A DNA stretch of 7,858 nt from Chlorokybus atmophyticus (lineage: Eukaryota; Plantae; Mesostigma and Chlorokybus algae), in assembly GCA_009103225.1 (NCBI GenBank), contig RHPI01000772.1, forward strand, positions 153,110 to 160,967. The letters run 5' to 3'. The translations under genes and the position numbers were made by a program. Below, one piece after another: positions 1 through 7,031 of this stretch (positions are counted from its first letter, which is position 1; every line of letters begins with the position of its first letter). The notes under the pieces were generated by a model, which saw nothing but the letters and a program-made list of their open reading frames with translations, was not told the origin of the DNA and searched no databases.

Positions 1-175
1 CTCCCCACACACAGCCTTTACGCTCACACACACGCACTCACTCGGCACACACATGCACAACACATGAACGGAGTCCGTCTCTGCACACATAGAACCAACA
101 CACACTGACACATACACGCACGCACGCTGACTCTGAATCTGCACACATAATGACCCCTGCGCTCACGCACACACA
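1..175. repeat. Degenerate CA/ACAC-rich microsatellite (GT-rich on minus strand; likely intronic)
   Basis: Many cacacac/acacac runs from 5 to ~172. On the minus strand this lies downstream of a GTAGGC donor-like site at 196-191. Confidence 0.75.
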
Positions 176-196
176 TGGACACGTACGCATGCCTAC

Positions 197-347
197 CTGC
201 CGTTGCCGACTTGCAAGCAACCGCTCCCACCCACATGCTGCCCCCCGCCGCCGCCGCCGCCGCCACCCACCACGCCGTCTTCCAGGCCGCCTCGGCCGCC
301 TCCAGTGTGAGCAAACCCTACACCAGTATCGCGGGAAACGACGCAAA
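197..347 (-). other. Possible internal exon of an unidentified gene
   Basis: Minus strand reads aacaacAG|tttgcgtcg ... ggcag|GTAGGC followed by a GT-rich tract. The Gly-rich frame (ORF 193..375) is open across it, but the Ala-rich LEAAEAA frame contains a TAG. No recognisable domain. Confidence 0.3.
247..264. repeat. (GCC)6 trinucleotide repeat
   Basis: gccgccgccgccgccgcc read directly. Confidence 0.9.
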
Positions 348-353
348 CTGTTG

Positions 354-544
354 TTAATCTAACTGCCAAAAACATAGTCTGAACCCGGCAGTAAGATTAA
401 GGGGGACGATTGCTTAACCTGTGCTAACGTGGCAAGGTTAGGCGCTGTTAACCTTCGCACCTTTAACCTTAGATGTAAAGACCCTCTTAGACGGTACAGG
501 CCTGTAAACGTACCGGGACGCGGACAGATTGCCGCGGGTTAAAG
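354..544. other. Cluster of nested stem-loops (candidate structured RNA or element terminus)
   Basis: Complementary arms 354-367/387-400 (13 of 14), 415-420/435-440, 461-468/537-544, 492-497/510-515 and 519-523/532-536. No RNA family recognised. Confidence 0.4.
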
Positions 545-1372
545 CCGAGAGAAATGTCATGCGGTATTTATTAAAAAATCATAAACCCTTGACGCCTCCT
601 CATTGTAACGCTTTTGCTATGGTGACCGAGTGGATTATTACAACTACAAAATTATCTTATAATTAAGCTACATGTATTTTGCTGCTAATTTGAGACTTTT
701 AGGGGCCCATTTTTACCGGCTAAATGTCGCGCTTGTAACTCTTATAGCGTGCGCATCACTCTGATCAACTGTAAAAACAAATTTTGCGGATTGGTCAACC
801 CCTTGCCACACCTGAGGATGTGCTGCTCCCATGCATTGCGTAACCCTCTTCATGATTGCATGCATCTTCTTGATAACATCCCTTGCAGCGAGTATTTAGC
901 TGAGATCAAAACTTGGTCCTTTATAGTTGTAGGTGTCGATAGATGATGCTCAGAGTGCAGATCGAACGGAGTAGCTTGCACTGTTGTGGCAAGCAACGTT
1001 CATAAGAAAATATTTAAAACAAGCATGTGAGCTAAAAGTCGAGCATGGATGAAATTGGTGCCGCAGCACATCTTCACATACTTTATTTGCCCTTTATGTC
1101 TACCCATCTGCTGATGGAAGGTATGCTGTTTCAAGCATTGTTTTAATTTCAACCAGATTGAACATGCATGGTATGGGACAAAACCCATTATTTATTTCTT
1201 ACATCGGATCCAGTAGTTGCATCGCGCAACCGTTGAGAAGCGCTTATGCTTGGCCGAAGCGTAATCATAAGGTGCCCGTACAAGCCCAATATTATCTACT
1301 CTCCATAAAAATGTACACTTGGTCCTTAGAAAACATATCCTTATAAGGCAGATCACACCGCTTGACGTCAAA

Positions 1373-2637
1373 GGACCATGAATGGTTCGTACCTCTGGAC
1401 CGGGATGTTCTCCTGCTAAGTGAAATTAGCGGACCATACATGGTCGGACTGTTAATAACAGTCGGACCATGCATGGTCCAAACCTCACGTGAACATTCCC
1501 ATGTTTTTTTTGGGGTCGCACCATGTATGGTGACCTGTTTGTATGAGGTTGCAAGGACCATGTATGGTGCATTGCCCCCCGGCGCCGAAGACCATGCATG
1601 GTTTGTTACTTCCACATGTCTAGTGATTGACATTCGCACCATGCACGGTCCATGAATACGGACCGAAAGTCCTTTTTGTAACCGACATTGTACACCATGC
1701 ATAATGCGCTGCCCTCCTGGCTTAGTGGACCATTTATGGTGCCAGTCTGATCGACGATCGCACCATGCACGGTCCATGAATACGGACGTTGTTATGCATA
1801 TGGTCCACAAGCGGCACCATGTATAACCCAACAGACAATGCACCATACATGGTCTGATTGACAGTCGCACCATGCACGGTCCATAGATACGGACATTGTT
1901 GTGCATGCATGGTCTACAAGCGGCACCATGTCTAGTCCCAACAGACAACACACCATACATGGTCTAATTGACAATCGCACCATGCATGGTCTGTCATGAT
2001 GTCACAGCCATTGTATCCATGCATGGTCTCAGCACTGGTGCATGCACCGTGCTTGGTGCATACAATCCNTGGCACAGAAGACCAGGCATGGTTTGTTATT
2101 TTCACATGTCTGGTGACAGTCGCACCATGCCTGGTCTATGGATACGGACCGGAAGTCTTTTTAACTGACATTGTATAGACCATGCATGGTGCACTGCCTT
2201 CCTGGCACAGTGGACCATGTATGGTGCCAGTCTGATCGACACTCGCACCATGCACGGTCCATGGATATGGACATTGTTGTGCATACATGGTCCACAAGCG
2301 GCACCATGTATGGTCCTAACAGACAACGCACCATACATGGTGTGATTGACAGTCGCACCATGCACGGTCCATGGATACGGACATTGTTGTGCATACATGG
2401 TCCACAAGCGGCACCATGTATGGTCCCAACAGACAACGCACCATACATGGTCTGATTGACAGTCGCACCATGCACGGTCCATGGATACGGACATTGTTGT
2501 GCATATATGGTCCACAAGCGGCACCATGTATGGTCACAACAGACAACGCACCATACATGGTCTGATTGACAGTCGCACCGTGCATGGTCTGTCTTTATGT
2601 CACATCCATTGCAGCCATGCATGGTCTTAGCACCGGT
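1373..2637. repeat. Palindrome-rich tandem array: ~35 ACCA-N4-TGGT dyads (consensus ACCATGCATGGT) in 110-bp units within two higher-order blocks
   Basis: Near-identical 110-bp units start at 2238, 2348, 2458 (partial at 2568) and at 1753 (107 bp), 1860 (partial at 1970). Each unit carries four full or partial dyads. Perfect GGACCATGCATGGTCC at 1464-1479. Confidence 0.95.
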
Positions 2638-2649
2638 CTGAGCACCCTG
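2620..2649 (-). mobile_element. Possible DNA-transposon terminus (minus strand 5'-CAGGGTGCTCAGACCGG...) closing the dyad array
   Basis: CCCTG at 2645-2649 lies ~12 bp after the array ends. CAGGG starts are typical of hAT TIRs (maize Ac (C/T)AGGGATGAAA). No matching partner TIR or TSD found. Confidence 0.25.
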
Positions 2650-2841
2650 CACTGTATCTGGTGCATGCAATCCGCCACGCATGCAATTTACAGAAATGCT
2701 ATAATGGACTGTCAAACGACAGCCCATCAGTGTCAAGCCAGTGTCGAAACTGCACCTACAGTCTCCTACATGCACCACACGCTGCGGTTACAGGAGGTAA
2801 GAGGAGCAGCTAACAACATCAATCTGTTGTGTTGTCAGCAC

Positions 2842-3839
2842 CTTCGCCTGGAAGCCAGACTTATGCTCTCTCTGGTTGATTCAGCCCCAATGTCAAGCCA
2901 CGCTCGACAGCCTTGCTCGACAGCCCCTCTTGCAAACACTTAGCGCATGCTTGTTGAACTCTGCACATCAACTGTACTGTTACTCGCTTACGTAAAACAG
3001 ACTGCATTAAAACAGAACTTGAAAAAATAGCATAGTAAACCACCCACCTAGGAGGATGACGAGGGCTGTCGCATTCACTGCCGCTTGGGTCGGAATGGCT
3101 TTCTCTTCTTGGCCTCGCTCAAAAGCCCTGCATTGTACCAAGTCATCACTCCTAAATATATCAAACAACTGTCGTTAACTTGCTGCAGCGAGGTATGCAT
3201 ACCTGGTAGCTTGCAATTGGATCCCCACTCGCACCCTCCTTCAACATTTTTGTTCGCCACCAATCACTTTTTCCTCGCAGCAAAGCTAACAATGGCTCGC
3301 AAGATCAGCTTGTCTGGCACACGCTCCATTCAATGGGGGTCCTTGAAATCCAGCTGGTGACCATTAGGGAACATCGCGTGCTCGATGTGATGGTAGTACT
3401 CATACATGTCCATTGCCTCCTCTCTGGTGGGGGCGTTGGGCTTGAAGTTGCACACAATCCCCGCTGCAATTCGCAAGTCCATTGTGGCGGCTTCTTCATC
3501 TTCACAGTCAGATATCGCCCCAGCAGCCTGCTTAGGACATAGAATGGTCAGTGCAGTCCATTGGCGACTGTAGAGACTTTCGACAGTCATCAATGCTTTG
3601 TATTAATGACTGTCAAGGCGGACAGCATGCATTGGCGACTGTCAAGACCTGATCAATGGATGCATTGGCGCCAATGTTGAGCATGTGACAGCAGCCTAAC
3701 AACAGCCTTTACTGACCTCTATGTCTGTGCTATGCCTGGCTGCGGTCGTAGGCAGTAGGTCCTTGATGCAACGCAGCACCGCAATGCGATCATCGTTGCC
3801 GCATGCTGCACAGGGACAGATGCCTCCCCTGGCCAGGAA
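2842..3839 (-). pseudogene. Decayed spliced gene of unknown function, interrupted at its 5' side by the Copia LTR
   Basis: Exon 3839-3717 (FLARGGICPCAACGNDDRIAVLRCIKDLLPTTAARHSTDIE) joins in phase 0 across a GTCAGT...CAG intron (3716-3528) to AAGAISDCEDEEAATMDLRIAAGIVCNFKPNAPTREEAMDMYEYYHHIEHAMFPNGHQLDFKDPH*MERVPDKLILRAIVSFAARKK. Further GT-AG introns: 3202-3128 (GTATGC...TGCAG) and 3047-2961 (GTGGGT...TGCAG). In-frame stops occur and frameshifts are needed downstream. Confidence 0.5.
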
Positions 3840-3840
3840 C

Positions 3841-4263
3841 TGTTGAGAGTCATTCCTACATACGATCAGCATCGACCCTCCACACAGGAGTAGAAGGTCG
3901 TAAGGATGAGCACTAGGTCCGGACTTAGCAAGATGGCGTCGTCGGACCAGACTCCAGACTCCAGGCTGGAGCCTTACTAACTGCTTCGTATCTCCGCGTA
4001 TACTTACTCATATAAGACGTGTAAGAGCTTGTTGGAAAGCTCTGGTTGTAAGAAAGACAACACAGCTTAGAGCGTAAAAAGGCTGAGTATAGCTTACGCA
4101 GTGCTTGCAAACGTAGACGTGTGTGTAACTGGCTGGTATAAGAACCAGCGGACAACTTGTAATAGATGAATGTGATGTGACTTGTGTATGCTCTGGTGGC
4201 GGTAGCTCTGTTTCTGTGTGTCTATGCTTGCCTCAGCTACATGTGCATGCTAGTCCTTCAACA
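3841..4263 (+). repeat. 5' LTR (423 bp)
   Basis: Starts TGTTGA (3841) and ends TCAACA (4263), a perfect 6-bp inverted repeat with TG...CA ends, immediately followed by the PBS. The left boundary rests on the inverted repeat and the abrupt end of the flanking exon because no second LTR is available. Expected TSD is GGAAC (3836-3840). Confidence 0.8.
4011..4162 (+). promoter_or_regulatory. LTR TATA-like element and TGTAA polyadenylation-signal-like motifs
   Basis: TATAAG at 4011-4016. TGTAA at 4020, 4047, 4124 and 4158. TGTAA is the known major poly(A) signal of Chlamydomonas and related chlorophytes. Confidence 0.4.
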
Positions 4264-4277
4264 GGTTATGGGCCCAC
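4264..4277 (+). promoter_or_regulatory. Primer binding site complementary to the anticodon stem-loop of initiator tRNA-Met (half-tRNA primer)
   Basis: GGTTATGGGCCCAC directly after ...CAACA. Same type as the Drosophila copia PBS (GGTTATGGGCCCAG), unlike the TGGTATCAGAGC 3'-end PBS. Confidence 0.9.
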
Positions 4278-4391
4278 ACTACGCTTGAGGAGTGTGAGAC
4301 TAGCTTGTGTGCATAGTAGTTCTACACTACGGTAGCTTGTTGGTAGCAGAGCCTTGGGTGTCAACTGCAAGTGAACGCAGGCACAACAAAG

Positions 4392-6692
4392 ATGGAGGCG
4401 ACCTACGACAAGGGGCAGATTGCAAAGCTGGACACCGACAACTACAACACATGGTGCGTGGAGATGAAGGCCTTGCTCATCCATAAGAAGGTGTGGAAGT
4501 ATGTTGATCCGAAGGCACCACCACCAACACCAGGAGCGAACACTGTGTGGTCAGAGCATTCAGCAGAAGCACACTCTTTGCTTATGTTGAACTGCAAACC
4601 GCATCACTTTCCCATGCTTACTGCATGTGAAGATGGTGGACAAGCTTGGGAAAAGCTATTAGCCGTTTTCAGAGCCAAAAACAACGCCAGAAAGTTGCAG
4701 CTACGCAAGCAGCTGAGCGCACTCAGGAAGGAGGCAGCAGAACCCATCACAAAGTATGTTGCACGCGTGAGAGAGCTGTGGGCGGACCTTATCAACGTCG
4801 GCCACGACATGGGGGAGACGGAGGTTGTGCTGGCTGTTGTTGCAGGCCTACCAGCAGAGTACGAGGTCGTTGCAACACTGCAGGAGACATCGTCATCGGA
4901 GCTGACGCTGGACGATGTACTACCGAAGCTGCTCACCGTGGAGCAGAGGGTGATGAAGAAGGACGAGCAAGCTGATGCCGTGGCCTTCTACACCAACAAG
5001 CACGGGAAGAAGAGCAACCATGGAGAAAAGAACAAGGGCAACAAGCCGGGCAATCCTCGTCACAAAGACCTCACATGCCACTGGTGTGGTTGGAAGGCGC
5101 ACATTGAGAAGGACTGTAGGAAGAAACAACAGGGGCAACGTAGAGCAAGCACTAGCAACAGCGGCAACGAGCACCAACGCAAGGAGAAACATGTCGCCTT
5201 CATTGCATCCAGTTCGAGGGCGGGCACAGTTTTCTGGGTTGTGGACTCTGGCTGCGATCGTCATCTCACACCAAACAAGGAGGTGATGGAGGGCTACAGG
5301 AAGCTGACGTCTACAATCAAGGTGGCGGGCTTTGGTGGCGAAGTACTGGTGGCTGAGGGAGTTGGCAACGTACGACTCCAGTGCAAGGATGGTAACACAC
5401 TACGCGAGGTGTTGTTACGCAACGTCCTGCATGTTCCTAAGGCTATTGCGAGTCTATTCGCTGTGAGGGTTGCGGAGCGCTTAGGCGCGGAGATCCTATT
5501 TCGGAAGGGTGGCTGCTCAGTCATCCTTGATGGGATCGTGCACATGGTTGGCATCGCTGATCCGGGAGGGCTCTACCACGAGGAGCAGCCTCAAGACAGA
5601 GACATTCAAGCCATGGTGGTGAAGGACAAGGAGTCGCCAACATTGTGGCATCGAAGGTTCGGGCATTTCAGCTACATCAACCTCACTCGCCTTGTCGCTG
5701 AGAAGATGGTCAAGGGCATCCATCTCAGCACACAAAAACTCAAGAATGCATCAGGTGCACTTTGTGAACCATGCCTGGTTGCAAAGCAGCATGCTATGCC
5801 ATTCCCATCATCCTCTTCTTGCAGTCAGCATCCTTGCGAGCTTGTGCACATGGATGTTTGTGGCCCTATGCGCATTGTGGCGATGGGAGGGGCCAGGTAC
5901 TTTGCTACATTCCTCGACGACTGCAGCAAGCTATCTGTTATCTTTCCATTGACACTGAAGTCAGAAGTTGCTGGAGCTATGCGCACAGTTGTGGCCTTGT
6001 TGGAGACCCAGTCTGGCAACAAGATGAAGACAATGAGGAGTGATCGAGGAGGGGAGTACATCAACAAGGAGTTGAAGGAGTTCTTCGCCAGCAAGGGCAT
6101 ACGCCACGAGACAACGGCACCCTACACCCCGCAGCAGAATGGAGCAGCTGAACGCCTCAACAGGACACTCTTGGAGCGTGTTCGAGCCATGCTCGACGAC
6201 ACAAAGATGGATGACAGTCTGTGGAAGGAGGCGGTACTCACGGCCAACTACATCCGCAACAGGTCTCTGGTGAGCTCAGAGCAGAATACTCCGTGGGAGC
6301 ACTTCTATGGAGCCACACCAGATGCACAGGGCTTTTTACGCGCGGACCAGTCGTACGCAGCTCGTAGACCACGTCTGGTACGTTGTAGCGTACCAGTGCC
6401 GCGATTGGTCCGGCATGATCGGACCACCGGTGGTCCGGCCCCGGAGCCCGCCGATATGGTCCGAATGACCGGACCAGGGCTGGTGGCGTGTCCCGCGGCC
6501 TGCAAACGCGCGGAACAATGGTACCAGAAAGACAGCAGCTGTGACCAAGTCTGGTCCGTACGTCGTTGTTCACAGCAAATAGCGCACGTCCGGCCACAAT
6601 GCATGGACTTTGTGGTAAGATCTAGCCGCGGTCTTGAAACGTCAGCAGAGCGGCAAGTACGACACTGTACTCATCCTGTGCTGAAACCCTAA
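4392..6692 (+). CDS. gag-pol: Copia Gag-protease-integrase polyprotein lacking RT/RNase H; last 122 codons are non-copia read-through
   Basis: First ATG at 4392 gives 766 aa. Copia Gag N-terminus (KLDTDNYNTW...MKALL) and UBN2-like region; CX2CX4HX4C knuckle CHWCGWKAHIEKDC (5076-5117); protease WVVDSGC (D at 5244); HHCC zinc finger LWHRRFGH...CEPC (5649-5774); integrase D (5853), D (6042), E (6150) with D-35-E spacing. No stops or frameshifts. Confidence 0.92.
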   Translation: MEATYDKGQIAKLDTDNYNTWCVEMKALLIHKKVWKYVDPKAPPPTPGANTVWSEHSAEAHSLLMLNCKPHHFPMLTACEDGGQAWEKLLAVFRAKNNARKLQLRKQLSALRKEAAEPITKYVARVRELWADLINVGHDMGETEVVLAVVAGLPAEYEVVATLQETSSSELTLDDVLPKLLTVEQRVMKKDEQADAVAFYTNKHGKKSNHGEKNKGNKPGNPRHKDLTCHWCGWKAHIEKDCRKKQQGQRRASTSNSGNEHQRKEKHVAFIASSSRAGTVFWVVDSGCDRHLTPNKEVMEGYRKLTSTIKVAGFGGEVLVAEGVGNVRLQCKDGNTLREVLLRNVLHVPKAIASLFAVRVAERLGAEILFRKGGCSVILDGIVHMVGIADPGGLYHEEQPQDRDIQAMVVKDKESPTLWHRRFGHFSYINLTRLVAEKMVKGIHLSTQKLKNASGALCEPCLVAKQHAMPFPSSSSCSQHPCELVHMDVCGPMRIVAMGGARYFATFLDDCSKLSVIFPLTLKSEVAGAMRTVVALLETQSGNKMKTMRSDRGGEYINKELKEFFASKGIRHETTAPYTPQQNGAAERLNRTLLERVRAMLDDTKMDDSLWKEAVLTANYIRNRSLVSSEQNTPWEHFYGATPDAQGFLRADQSYAARRPRLVRCSVPVPRLVRHDRTTGGPAPEPADMVRMTGPGLVACPAACKRAEQWYQKDSSCDQVWSVRRCSQQIAHVRPQCMDFVVRSSRGLETSAERQVRHCTHPVLKP
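6327..6560 (+). mobile_element. Probable left end of a DNA transposon (hAT-like CAGGG start with subterminal ACCA-N4-TGGT dyads) inserted into or replacing the Copia pol
   Basis: CAGGGCTTTTTACGCGCGGACC starts within one codon of where copia homology ends. Dyads at 6368-6379, 6423-6434, 6473-6484 and 6544-6555. Sharp rise in CpG. No right TIR, TSD or transposase seen. Confidence 0.5.
6684..6692 (+). promoter_or_regulatory. Telo-box-like motif AAACCCTAA (also supplies the stop codon of the long ORF)
   Basis: Exact match to the plant telo-box/interstitial telomere motif, but a single copy that could be chance. Confidence 0.25.
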
Positions 6693-7031
6693 TTCGCACT
6701 GAGGCACTGCTTGCGTCGTTGGTTGATGTTAGCGGCAAGCTACTGGAGCTGGAGGCGGCGGAGGCGGCGGCGGTGCTGGAGGTAAAGCCTATCAAGCCTA
6801 CTAACTTGCAGACAAGTAGCAATGTTCTCCATGGCACTGCGCTTAACTTGCTGTAAGTTGATTTTTGTATATGGCATTCCTAAATCAGCTGCCACAGTTG
6901 GAGCTCCTGCTGTCGGTACTGCTACCATTGGTTGCGCTGATTGTGTCGTCGTTGTCAATGACATTGTTACTATTGTACTTGCTGCTGTTGTGGCTTCGCG
7001 AGCAAAAATAACAACGCAAGCCATGGTAATA

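Larger units (their letters stand above)
3841..6326 (+). mobile_element. 3'-truncated or interrupted Ty1/copia LTR retrotransposon (Pseudoviridae, Hemivirus-like priming)
   Basis: LTR, PBS and gag-PR-IN in copia order (integrase directly after protease). Homology ends after ...PWEHFYGATPD. RT, RNase H, PPT and 3' LTR are absent from the window. Confidence 0.93.

Noticed and set aside
369-384. CATAGTC / GTTCAGACTA resembling group I intron S or R elements
   Set aside because: The P7 partner (GACTA upstream on +, TAGTC downstream on -) is missing, and no P/Q elements were seen.
697-705. TTTTAGGG, a Chlamydomonas-type telomere unit
   Set aside because: Single copy; expected by chance.
1373-2637. 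CRISPR array interpretation of the regularly spaced palindromes
   Set aside because: The spacers are themselves repeated in 110-bp units rather than unique, the context is eukaryotic, and no cas genes are present.
1292-2943. Many overlapping ORFs with HGPCMV/TMHGP/APCMV repeats
   Set aside because: They are translations of a stop-poor palindromic repeat on both strands and in several frames, with no domain or coding signature.
3105-3130. AAAAGCCCTG, exact reverse complement of the first 10 nt of the 6327 terminus
   Set aside because: It coincides with a splice acceptor (TGCAG|GGCTTTTGAG) of the pseudogene, has no dyads beside it and faces the wrong way to close the 6327 element. Treated as chance.
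3191-3204. 14-bp palindrome AGGTATGCATACCT
   Set aside because: Single occurrence with arms inverted relative to the array dyad. It overlaps the GTATGC donor, which slightly weakens strand inference there but needs no separate explanation.
4070-4085. GAGCGTAAAAAGGCTG in the LTR resembles the reverse complement of the 6327 terminus
   Set aside because: Imperfect short match inside a coherent LTR, with no flanking dyads or TSD.
4604-6604. Antisense and alternate-frame ORFs over the Copia polyprotein
   Set aside because: Shadow ORFs of a GC-rich coding region, with no independent motifs.
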